From an uncultured Chloroflexia bacterium (lineage in GTDB: Bacteria > Chloroflexota > Limnocylindria > Limnocylindrales > CSP1-4): a stretch of DNA of 64,000 nucleotides. The stretch covers positions 608,001 to 672,000 of the forward strand of contig CAVVJT010000004.1 of the NCBI GenBank assembly GCA_963748625.1. The letters are read 5' to 3'. The notes under the pieces were generated by a model, which saw nothing but the letters and a program-made list of their open reading frames with translations, ran no database searches and was not told where the DNA came from. Below are positions 50,982 to 59,718 of this stretch, one piece after another; the stretch's first letter is position 1; each line of letters begins with the position of its first letter. The position numbers and the translations under genes are program-made.

Positions 50982-51309
50982 GTACACGCTCGCCTCGGTC
51001 CTCGTGCTCGCCCTGGGCTTCGTGGTCGCCGGGGTCGCAGGTGTGCTGCGCGAGCGGGCCGCGTGGGCGGGGCTCCTGGCGTTCGGGGCGATCACGGTCG
51101 TGGCGGACCTCATGCTGACGGGACTGCCGATCGTGACCTATGGACGCGAGCACAACGTCGGCCTGTACCTGGGACCCATGCCCATCGAGGACCTCCTGTA
51201 CGGGCTGGGGCTCTACCTGGTGGCCGTCGCGGCATGGGGCCGCCGGCCCGCGGAGGGGAACCTCCGGGCTGCCGACGTGGACCAGGGCGCCGCGGGCGCT
51301 GAACGGTGA
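50974..51309 (+). CDS. Lycopene cyclase domain protein (second subunit, CrtYf-like)
   Basis: TVVADLML, IVTY, MPIEDLLY motif. Confidence 0.85.
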   Translation: MPEYTLASVLVLALGFVVAGVAGVLRERAAWAGLLAFGAITVVADLMLTGLPIVTYGREHNVGLYLGPMPIEDLLYGLGLYLVAVAAWGRRPAEGNLRAADVDQGAAGAER

Positions 51310-53408
51310 CCGCCACGATCCCGGCCGCCGCGCGGTTCGGCGTCCGGGAGCTGCTCCTCGCGAGCCGTCCGGTCAGCTGGATCAACACCGCGCTCCCCTA
51401 CCTCGCCGCCTCCTTCGACCAGGTTCGCGGCCTCGACGCCGCCGTGGTCCTGGGAACGCTCTATTTCCTGATCCCGTACAACCTGCTGCTGTACGGGGTG
51501 AACGACCTGTTCGACTACGAGTCGGACATCCGCAACCCGCGCAAGCAGTCGCTCGAGGGTGGCCTCGTGGCACCCGCCAACGGGAGGCTGCTGTGGCTCT
51601 CGATCCTGGCGACCAACGTGCCCTTCGTGATCGTGCTGGCCTGGCTCGGCGGGCCGGTCGCGGCGGTCGTGCTCCTGCTGACGGTCGGCGTGGCGCTCAT
51701 GTACTCAGCGCCACCGCTGCGGACCAAGGAGCGGCCATTCCTGGACTCCACCACGTCGGCCTTGCACTTCGTCCTGCCCGCGATCTGCGGGTTCCTGGTG
51801 ACCGGGCGACCGCTGGCCGACCTGCCGTGGCCGGTCCTCGCGGGGTTCATGACCTGGGGCATCGCGAGCCACGCGATCGGGGCGATCCAGGACATCGAGT
51901 ACGACCGCGCCGCAGGCATCGGGTCCATCGCCACGGCCCTCGGCGGCCGGGCAACGGCCTGGGTCTCGCTGATCGGCTATGCGGTGGCGGTGGCCATGGC
52001 GCTGACGGTCGCCTTCCCGTGGGGCGTCATCGCCGCGCTGGCCCTCGCCTCCTACCTGCTGCTGCCGCTGATGGTGCTGCTGCGCGACGACGAGCCGCAG
52101 GCACGCCGGGCCTGGCGCAGCTTCATGCAGCTGAACATCCCAGTCGGCTTCATCCTGGCCCACGAGCTGCTCCGCAGCTGGGACGTGACCAAGTACCAGC
52201 CCTGGGAGATCGTCGTGGCGGCGGCCGCCTGCGTGGCCGGCTGGACGTTCCTCAACGCGCTCCTGATCCGGTTCGCCGCGCGCCGCCGGTCCCGCGGCTC
52301 CACCGCGGACGCGCTGCCGCCGGTGACCGTGGTCATCCCGTGCCGCAACGAGGCGGCGCGCCTGCCGGCGGTGCTCGCGTCCCTGGTCGCCCAGCGCTAC
52401 CCGGGCGACCTGCTCGCGCTCGTCGTCGATGACGGGTCCACCGACGCCACGCCGCGGCTGGCCGCCGAGGGGCTCGCCACGTTCGGCGACCGTGGACGTG
52501 TTCTCGCGGCCCCGCCGGCGCCCGGCGGCTGGTCGGGCAAGGGCTGGGCGGTGACGACCGGGGTCCAGGCCGCTACCACCGACCTCGTCCTCACGCTCGA
52601 CGCAGACACGACCCTTGCGCCCGGTGCCGTGGAGACGCTCGTCCGCGAGCAGCAGGCCGCGGGTGCCGATCTCATCTCCGGCGTCACGCGCTACGCGATG
52701 CCGACCATCGGCGAGCAGGTGGCCATGCCGGGCTACCCCATGCTGTTGTTCGGCTTCCTGCCCGTCTGGGTCTCCGCGCTGCGCGGAGGGCGGCCGGCGG
52801 CGCTGGCCTTCTCGTACGGGCCGCTCACGTTGTTCCGGCGCGAGGCCTACCTCGCGACGGGTGGGCACGCCGCCACCCCCGCCACGTACCGCGAGGACGT
52901 GGATCTCGCCCGCACCTTCGCAGCGAGCGGGCGGCGGATCGCGACCGTCCATGCCGCGGATCTCGCAACGACGCGCCACTACGCCGGCAGCGCCGAGATC
53001 TGGCGCTCGTGGGCAAGGATCCTCCCCGGCTACGCCGGCTGGTCGGTGGCCGCGGTCCTCGTGCTCTTCGCGGGCGAGGCTCTGGCCTGGGTCCTGCCGC
53101 TTGCCCTGCCGGTGCTTGCCCTTGCGCTCGACCCGGCGCAGGTGCCGATCACCCTGGTACCCCTGGCCGCGCTCATCGCCGCGCGGCTCGCCCTTGCCGT
53201 CACCCAGCGCCAGCCGCTGCTGACGGTCCTCCTCCACCCGCTCACCACCATCGTCACGCTCGGTGCCCAGGTCGCCGCCCTCGGCGCCATGGTGGCCGGG
53301 CGCACGCCCGACTGGCGCGGAAGGTCCATGCCCGACCCCGCAACCCAAGCCGACACCGCCACCCAATCCGCCCCCACACCACCGCACGTCCCCGGAGCAG
53401 CCTCATGA
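51306..53408 (+). CDS. Lycopene elongase (CrtEb-like UbiA prenyltransferase) fused to a GT2 glycosyltransferase
   Basis: SRPVSWINT, PYNLLLYGVNDLFDYESD.RNPRK, YSAPPLR.KERPFLDS; then VVIPCRNEA, VDDGSTD, GWSGK, LDADT, EDV. Confidence 0.88.
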   Translation: MTATIPAAARFGVRELLLASRPVSWINTALPYLAASFDQVRGLDAAVVLGTLYFLIPYNLLLYGVNDLFDYESDIRNPRKQSLEGGLVAPANGRLLWLSILATNVPFVIVLAWLGGPVAAVVLLLTVGVALMYSAPPLRTKERPFLDSTTSALHFVLPAICGFLVTGRPLADLPWPVLAGFMTWGIASHAIGAIQDIEYDRAAGIGSIATALGGRATAWVSLIGYAVAVAMALTVAFPWGVIAALALASYLLLPLMVLLRDDEPQARRAWRSFMQLNIPVGFILAHELLRSWDVTKYQPWEIVVAAAACVAGWTFLNALLIRFAARRRSRGSTADALPPVTVVIPCRNEAARLPAVLASLVAQRYPGDLLALVVDDGSTDATPRLAAEGLATFGDRGRVLAAPPAPGGWSGKGWAVTTGVQAATTDLVLTLDADTTLAPGAVETLVREQQAAGADLISGVTRYAMPTIGEQVAMPGYPMLLFGFLPVWVSALRGGRPAALAFSYGPLTLFRREAYLATGGHAATPATYREDVDLARTFAASGRRIATVHAADLATTRHYAGSAEIWRSWARILPGYAGWSVAAVLVLFAGEALAWVLPLALPVLALALDPAQVPITLVPLAALIAARLALAVTQRQPLLTVLLHPLTTIVTLGAQVAALGAMVAGRTPDWRGRSMPDPATQADTATQSAPTPPHVPGAAS

Positions 53409-54931
53409 CCAAGCCCATGCACGCCGTTGTCATCGGCGCCGGCCTCGGCGGACTCGCCGCCGCCATCCGCCTCCAGGCCCAGGGCCACCGCGTGACGGTG
53501 GTGGAGCGCCGTCCCCAGATCGGCGGGCGCGCGTACCAGATCAAGGACCAGGGCTACACCTGGGACATGGGCCCGAGCCTCGTCACGATGCCCTGGCTCC
53601 TCGACGAGCTGTACGCGCTCGCCGGCACCACCACCGCCCAGCAGGTCACCCTGCGCCCCTTGGATCCCTTCTACCGGATCCAGTGGTCGGACGATCCGCG
53701 GATCTTCGACTACCAGGGCTCCCGCGAGGGCATGCTGGGCGAGATCGCCAAATTCTCCCAGGCCGACGCCGCCAACTACGACGCCTTCATGATCGCGTCC
53801 AAGGCGATCCACGAGCAGGGCATCCTGGTGGCAGGGCGCACGCCGTTCCTGGATCCCCTGCCGTTCGCGAAGCTCGTGCCAACCATGCTCAAGCTGGACG
53901 CGATCCGCTCGCTGCGCGGGTTCGTGGGCAAGTACTTCACCGACCCGCGCGTCCGGATGGTCTTCGACTTCCACTCGCTGTTCATCGGTGGCGACCCGTG
54001 GCGGGTGCCCGCGATCTACACCGCCCTCTCGTACCTGCAGGTGGCCGACGGCGTCTGGTACGCGGACGGCGGCGTCTACTCCATCGTCGAGAGCCTCGGC
54101 AACCTCATCCGTTCGGGCGGCGGTGAGATCCTCACCGGGCGCCGCGTGGCGGCCATCGAGACCAGCGGCAAGCGCGTCACCGGCGTGCGTCTGGGCGACG
54201 GCGAGCGGATCGAGGCGGACCTCGTCGTGTCCAATGCGGACACCACGCTGACCCGCCGCCGGCTGCTGGAGCCCGCCATCCCGGACCGCGCGCCGTGGCA
54301 GTGGATCCGGCCGCGCCACACGATGAGCGCGTACCTGCTCTACCTGGGCACCAACCGCCAGTTCCCGCAGCTCAAGCACCACACGCTGCTCGTCGGCGAG
54401 GACTACCCGGGGTTCGTCAAGCAGGTCACCCGCAAGCGGGAGCTGCCCGACACGCTGGCGCTCTACGTCCACGCGCCATCGCGCACGGAGCGCTCGATGG
54501 CCGCCAACGACGGCGAGTCCATCTACGTCCTGCTGCCCGTGCCGAACCTGGCCTCCCATGACGACTGGGCGACGGCAGGCCCCGAGATGCGGGAGCGCGT
54601 GCTCGACTTCATGGAGCACGACTTCGGCCTGGACGGCCTGCGCGAGTCGATCGTCGTGGAGCACAGCTTCACCCCGGCCGACTTCAAGCGCGAGCTGGAG
54701 GCGCCGCTGGGCAACGCGTTCGCCATCGAACCCGTGCTCTGGCAGTCGGCGTACTTCCGCCAGCCGAACCGGGACCGGACGGTGGGCGGGCTGTACTACG
54801 TGGGCGCCGGCACCCATCCTGGTGGCGGCATCCCGGGTGTGTTCCTGGGCGCAGACGTCACCGCCGGCGTGGTGGAGGCCGACGTCGCCTCCGGCCGCCT
54901 GACGCCGCGCTCGCCGGTTCGGGGAGGGTAG
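53405..54931 (+). CDS. crtI: Phytoene desaturase
   Basis: VIGAGLGGLAAA, DMGPS, GGDP, YVGAGTHPGGGIPGV. Confidence 0.93.
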   Translation: MTKPMHAVVIGAGLGGLAAAIRLQAQGHRVTVVERRPQIGGRAYQIKDQGYTWDMGPSLVTMPWLLDELYALAGTTTAQQVTLRPLDPFYRIQWSDDPRIFDYQGSREGMLGEIAKFSQADAANYDAFMIASKAIHEQGILVAGRTPFLDPLPFAKLVPTMLKLDAIRSLRGFVGKYFTDPRVRMVFDFHSLFIGGDPWRVPAIYTALSYLQVADGVWYADGGVYSIVESLGNLIRSGGGEILTGRRVAAIETSGKRVTGVRLGDGERIEADLVVSNADTTLTRRRLLEPAIPDRAPWQWIRPRHTMSAYLLYLGTNRQFPQLKHHTLLVGEDYPGFVKQVTRKRELPDTLALYVHAPSRTERSMAANDGESIYVLLPVPNLASHDDWATAGPEMRERVLDFMEHDFGLDGLRESIVVEHSFTPADFKRELEAPLGNAFAIEPVLWQSAYFRQPNRDRTVGGLYYVGAGTHPGGGIPGVFLGADVTAGVVEADVASGRLTPRSPVRGG

Positions 54932-54963
54932 GCTCTCGACCACAGGCCAGCACAGGAGGGGTC

Positions 54964-55836
54964 ATGGCGCAGGTCGAGCGGTACGACGGCGAGGCGCGGG
55001 TCGTGATGGCCCGCGTCGCCCGGACGTTCGACCTGGCCACGCGCCTGCTCCCGCCCGACGTGCGCACGGACGTGCGGCGCCTCTACCTGGTGCTCCGCAC
55101 GCTGGACGACCTGGTGGACCACGGGTCGCCCGCCGAGGCGTCGGCCCGGCTGCGCGCCGTGGAGGCATGGGCGGACGGTGAGCCTGCGACGGGCCAGGAG
55201 GCCGACCTGCTCGCCGATCTCGCCGCACGCCACGCGGGCTTTCCCCGGGACGCCGTGGCCGACTTCTGCGCCGGCATGCGCGCAGACCTCGCCGGCCCGA
55301 AGCACGCGACCGACGCCGACCTCGACCTGTACTGCTACCAGGTGGCAGGGACGGTCGGGCGCCTGATGGCGCCCCTGCTCGGCGTGGTCGTCGGGCAAGA
55401 GCCTGCCGCCGACGCTGCCGCCCGGGCGCTCGGCGCCGCGATGCAGCGGACCAACATCCTGCGCGACGTGCGCGAGGACGCGGGCAACGGCCGGGTCTAC
55501 CTGCCCGACGACCTCCTGGGCTCCGCCGGCCTGGGTCCGGGGACGGAACCGGACACCGCGGTCGCGCTCACCGAGCTGCCCGCGTGGCCGGAGTCCCGCC
55601 GGCGGGCACTGCTCGCGCCGGAGATCGCCCGCGCTGACGCCGACTACGCCAAGGGCCTGGCGGGGGTTGCCTGCCTGGTCAGCGGACGGCCAGCCATCCG
55701 CGCGGCCGGGGCCATGTACCAGGGGATCCTGCGCGAGATCGAGCGAGACCGGTACGGCGCCAGCGGGCGTCGGGCGGTGGTGCCGCGGCGGCGGAAGGCG
55801 CGGTTCATCCTGGGTGCGGCCGTGGGGCCGGGGTGA
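54964..55836 (+). CDS. crtB: Phytoene synthase
   Basis: RTLDDLVD, YCYQVAGTVG, AMQRTNILRDVRED, GRVYLP. Confidence 0.93.
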   Translation: MAQVERYDGEARVVMARVARTFDLATRLLPPDVRTDVRRLYLVLRTLDDLVDHGSPAEASARLRAVEAWADGEPATGQEADLLADLAARHAGFPRDAVADFCAGMRADLAGPKHATDADLDLYCYQVAGTVGRLMAPLLGVVVGQEPAADAAARALGAAMQRTNILRDVREDAGNGRVYLPDDLLGSAGLGPGTEPDTAVALTELPAWPESRRRALLAPEIARADADYAKGLAGVACLVSGRPAIRAAGAMYQGILREIERDRYGASGRRAVVPRRRKARFILGAAVGPG

Positions 55837-56456
55837 GCATGGAGACGGACCTCGTGGCGGTCTCGGTGACGCTGCCCGACCTGCTCGTGCCCCTTCTCGC
55901 GCTCATCGCCGGCTACCTGGTCGGTTCCATCCCCGTGTCCGCGTGGATCGGGCGGCGCGCCGGCGTGGATGTCGTCACGGACGGCGAGGCAAACCCTGGC
56001 TCGGCGAACGTCTGGCGGCTGGCCGGACCCGGCTGGGGCCTGCTGGCGCTCACCGGCGACCTCGCAAAGGGGGTCATGCCGGTCGCCTGGGGCCTTGCGA
56101 CGTGGGGCTGGGGCATCGGCTGGGCGGCCGGCCTGGGGGCGCTAGTCGGGGCGTCGTGGCCGCTGTTCGGGCGCCTGCGTGGGGGGCGCGGCGTGGCCGT
56201 CTTCGCGGGGGTGGCGTTCACCCTCAGCCCGCCCGCCGGAATCCTCGCCGTGACGCTCACACTCATCGTCCTGGGTGTCGCGAGGCTGCTGGGGCGCAAC
56301 GGACGGGTGACGGCCATCGCGGTCGGGGTCGGGACGTATCCGCTCCTGTTCTACGCGGCCGAGATGTCGCTCCTGCGGCTCGCGGCGCTCATGACGCTGT
56401 ACCTGGTGGCCGTGGTGCGGTTCGCGACCACGCGCACGGACCGGGCGCAGAGCTGA
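55833..56456 (+). CDS. Divergent PlsY-like acyltransferase
   Basis: GYLVGSIP, NPGSANV, DLAKG, GGRGVA; C-terminal HxxN motif absent. Confidence 0.75.
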   Translation: MSMETDLVAVSVTLPDLLVPLLALIAGYLVGSIPVSAWIGRRAGVDVVTDGEANPGSANVWRLAGPGWGLLALTGDLAKGVMPVAWGLATWGWGIGWAAGLGALVGASWPLFGRLRGGRGVAVFAGVAFTLSPPAGILAVTLTLIVLGVARLLGRNGRVTAIAVGVGTYPLLFYAAEMSLLRLAALMTLYLVAVVRFATTRTDRAQS

Positions 56457-56538
56457 CAGCGGTCCGGTCGGCGCCACCTGGCACTGGCGCTCACTGCGCG
56501 GCGCGCGCACGCTGACACCACGTTCGAAGGAGGACGTC

Positions 56539-56796
56539 ATGCGCAACGTCTCCTGGCACCCGGAGGGCGGCCCCGTCCCCGACTCCGCGTTCGCCGCTCA
56601 CCTGCACGGCCGTGACCTCGAGGTTCTGGCCGATCCGGTCGCTCACCGCTGGCGCTGGCGTGTGACCTCGCCACATGGCGCGGTGCTTGCCGATGGCGCA
56701 GCGCCATCGCGCGACGCGGCCGAACAGGCGGCCGAGGACGAGGCGACGGCCGTGCATCCGCCGACGCCCGAGTTGTTGGACCGCCTCCTAGGCTGA
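56539..56796 (+). CDS. Small hypothetical protein
   Basis: AGGAGG RBS; W.W.V and A...AE motifs. Confidence 0.65.
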   Translation: MRNVSWHPEGGPVPDSAFAAHLHGRDLEVLADPVAHRWRWRVTSPHGAVLADGAAPSRDAAEQAAEDEATAVHPPTPELLDRLLG

Positions 56797-56806
56797 CCGA
56801 CGCTCC

Positions 56807-56963
56807 CGGCGCGCGTCCTCCCGCGGCGCGCGTCCTCCCGTCCAGCGGGCCTGGTCCTCCCGCGGCGCGCGTCCTCCCGTCCAGCGGGCCGCGTCCTCCC
56901 GCGGCGCGCGTCCTCCCGCGGCGCGCGTCCTCCCGCGGCGCGCGTCCTCCCGTCCAGCGGGCC
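56807..56963. repeat. Mosaic tandem array of 17-bp (cggcgcgcgtcctcccg) and 22-bp (tccagcgggc..gtcctcccg) units
   Basis: Six 17-mers and two to three 22-mers, read directly. Confidence 0.9.
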
Positions 56964-57082
56964 TTGTGTACAGGATTCCGCACAGGCGTCCCGTCCAGCG
57001 GGCAGGATGCGCCCCAGCAGCCCAGAAACGGGCAGTCCCTGCCGGCTGGCGGGCCATGTGCGCAGGATTCTGCAGACAGTGC

Positions 57083-57226
57083 CCGGCAGGCGGGAAGGGG
57101 CACGCGGGAGCCGGCAGGCGGGAAGGGGCACGCGGGAGCCGGCAGGCGGGAAGGGGCACGCGGGAGCCGGCAGGCGGGAAGGGGCACGCGGGAGCCGGCA
57201 GGCGGGAAGGGGCACGCGGGAGCCGG
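57083..57226. repeat. Perfect 28-bp tandem repeat, five copies
   Basis: ccggcaggcgggaaggggcacgcgggag at 57083, 57111, 57139, 57167, 57195. Confidence 0.95.
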
Positions 57227-57390
57227 GTCGGGCCCGAACCGACGACCCTGCACCTGCGCGCAACTCGGGCCGAACGGCACGCCGTCGTACACCGCGCGCG
57301 GCCCCTTCAGGCGACCGCGCGCATCGCTACGATGGCCCCAGAGCACGCACCCGGCCGGTGTGGCCGGAGGCCTGGCTGCGAGGAGGAGCG

Positions 57391-58779
57391 ATGCGGACGC
57401 TGATCGTCAACGGCACGGTCGTCACGGCAGACGGCTCGTATGAGGCGGACGTGCTGGTCGACGGCGAGAAGATCGTCGCGATCGGCGTCGGGCTGGCGGC
57501 GACGGCCATGGCAGGCGAGACCATCGATGCCACCGGCAAGTACGTGATCCCAGGCGGGATCGACGCCCACACGCACATGGAGCTGCCGTTTGGCGGCACA
57601 TTCGCGAAGGACACCTTCGAGACCGGCACCCGTGCGGCGGCCTTCGGCGGCACCACGACGATCGTGGACTTCGCGGTCCAGTCCAAGGGCCAGCCGCTGC
57701 GCACGGGCCTCGACGCCTGGCACGCCAAGGCCGAGGGCAACGCCGTCATCGACTACGGCTTCCACATGATCATGTCGGACGTCAACGACGACACGCTGGC
57801 CGAGATGGACCAGCTCGTCGCCGAGGGCGTGCCGGACTTCAAGCTGTTCACCGCCTACCCGGGGGTCTTCCTCTCGCCGGACGACCACATCTTCCGGGCC
57901 ATGCAGCAGACGAAGAAGAACGGCGGCATGATCCTCATGCATGCCGAGAACGGCCCGGTCATCGACATCCTGGCAGCCGAACAGGTGGCCGCCGGCATGA
58001 CCGACCCGCTGGGCCACGGCCTCGCACGCGACTCCCGTCTCGAAGGCGAGGCGACGAGCCGCATGATCCGCCTGGCCGAGGTGGCGGGCGTGCCCGTGTA
58101 CTTCGTCCACATGTCGGCCAAGGAAGCGCTCACGGCGCTCATGGAGGCCCGCAACCGGGGCGCGATGGCGTGGGCGGAGACCTGTCCCCAGTACCTGTAC
58201 CTGACGCTCGACGACCTCGGTCACGGGTTCGAGGGCGCCAAGTTCGTGTGCTCGCCGCCCCTCCGGACCCCCGACCACGCGGTGGAGCTCTGGAACGCCC
58301 TCAAGCGCGACGACCTCCAGCTGATCGGCACCGACCACTGCCCGTTCGACTTCCACGGCCAGAAGGAGATGGGCATCGGCGACTTCCGGAAGATCCCCAA
58401 CGGCCTCCCGGGCGTCGAGGAGCGCGTCGACCTGATGCACCAGGGCGTCGTGGACGGCAGGCTCACCAAGGAGCGCTGGGTCGAGATCGTGTCGACCGCG
58501 CCGGCCAGGATCTTCGGCATGCCGAACAAGGGCAGGATCGCGGTCGGAGCGGACGCGGACATCGTTGTCTATGATCCCAACCGCAAGCACGTGCTCTCGT
58601 CGTCCACCCATCACATGGACGTGGATTACAGCTGCTACGAGGGCATGGAGATCACTGGCGGCTCCGACATCGTCCTGAGCCGCGGCAAGGTCGTCGTTCG
58701 CGACGGCGAGTTCACGGGCGCCAAGGGCGATGGAAAGTTCATCAAGCGCACCACGGCAGGGTTCGTCCGGGAATCCTGA
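57391..58779 (+). CDS. hydA: Dihydropyrimidinase
   Basis: PGGIDAHTH, GGTTTIVDF, FKLFTAY, HAENG, ETCPQYL, TDHCPF. Confidence 0.96.
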   Translation: MRTLIVNGTVVTADGSYEADVLVDGEKIVAIGVGLAATAMAGETIDATGKYVIPGGIDAHTHMELPFGGTFAKDTFETGTRAAAFGGTTTIVDFAVQSKGQPLRTGLDAWHAKAEGNAVIDYGFHMIMSDVNDDTLAEMDQLVAEGVPDFKLFTAYPGVFLSPDDHIFRAMQQTKKNGGMILMHAENGPVIDILAAEQVAAGMTDPLGHGLARDSRLEGEATSRMIRLAEVAGVPVYFVHMSAKEALTALMEARNRGAMAWAETCPQYLYLTLDDLGHGFEGAKFVCSPPLRTPDHAVELWNALKRDDLQLIGTDHCPFDFHGQKEMGIGDFRKIPNGLPGVEERVDLMHQGVVDGRLTKERWVEIVSTAPARIFGMPNKGRIAVGADADIVVYDPNRKHVLSSSTHHMDVDYSCYEGMEITGGSDIVLSRGKVVVRDGEFTGAKGDGKFIKRTTAGFVRES

Positions 58780-58806
58780 CCGGCCCCTTCCCCGCCGTCA
58801 CACACG

Positions 58807-58833
58807 CCGGCCCCGCGGTCACCGCGGGGCCGG
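58807..58833. terminator. Hairpin between the convergent hydA and ACT genes
   Basis: ccggccccgcggt-c-accgcggggccgg. Confidence 0.6.
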
Positions 58834-58859
58834 TCCTCGTTCCGAGCCGCGGACCACGC

Positions 58860-59264
58860 TCAGGCGACGATCTCGTGCAAGGGGGACGGCAGCCCAAGGG
58901 CCAACCGGGCCTTCGCCTCGTCATCCACGCAGAACGACATCTCGGACCGGCCGGCGTGCCGTCCGACGTTGAACATGCCCGTCACGTGGATGCCGGCCGC
59001 GGCGAGCGTCTCGGCCACCTCCGCCAGCCCGCCGTGATCGTCCACGTCCACGATCAAAGGCTGGCCCTCCAGGTAGACGACCCCGAGTCCGTGGAGCACC
59101 TCGCGGCCGGCGTCCGCGTCGTCCACGGTGAAGATGCAGGCGAGGGGTCCGGCGCCCACACACGCCACCTGGTGGATCTCCACGCCGCGGGCCGCGAACG
59201 ACCGGGCGAGCGAGGCCACGCCGCCGGGGTGGCTGTCCATCTGGATCACGAACTGGCCGGACAT
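58860..59264 (-). CDS. Tandem ACT domain protein
   Basis: FVIQMDSHPGGVASLA...VEI; second repeat DDHGGLAEVAETLAAAGIHV. Confidence 0.8.
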   Translation of the reverse strand: MSGQFVIQMDSHPGGVASLARSFAARGVEIHQVACVGAGPLACIFTVDDADAGREVLHGLGVVYLEGQPLIVDVDDHGGLAEVAETLAAAGIHVTGMFNVGRHAGRSEMSFCVDDEAKARLALGLPSPLHEIVA

Positions 59265-59412
59265 CGAGGCACTCCTCTCACTGGGACACGATGCTGCCAG
59301 CCTCGCCTGCCCGTCTCCTGCCCGACAGTGCCCTTCGGGGAAACGGGCGCAGCCCGCGCGGCATAGATTCACGATGGTCCACGCACAACCCGCCGCAGCT
59401 GGAGCGCTCGCC

Positions 59413-59718
59413 ATGTTCGTCACCATCGTCCACTGCCACGTGAAGCCCGAGCACGCCGACGCCTTCGCCGATGCGTGCCATTCCAACTGCGAGGCCTCGA
59501 GCCGGGAGCCCGGCAACATCCGCTTCGACCTCCTGCGCCAGGCGGACGATCCCAATCGGTTCGTCCTCTACGAGTGGTACGTGGACGAGGCCGCGGCGAA
59601 GGCCCACAAGGACACGCCGCACTACGCGGCCTGGCGCGAGGCCACCGCAGACATGTTCGCCGAGTCCCGCTACGGCGTCCGCTACGTGGGCCTGTTCCCG
59701 GAGACGCCCGCCCAATGA
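59413..59718 (+). CDS. ABM/LsrG-like dimeric alpha-beta barrel protein
   Basis: EPGNIRFD, FVLYE.Y, AHKDTPHY..WR. Confidence 0.88.
   Translation: MFVTIVHCHVKPEHADAFADACHSNCEASSREPGNIRFDLLRQADDPNRFVLYEWYVDEAAAKAHKDTPHYAAWREATADMFAESRYGVRYVGLFPETPAQ

Noticed and set aside
57083-57226. 28-bp repeats as a CRISPR array
   Set aside because: The repeats are head-to-tail with no spacers, and there are no cas genes in the window.
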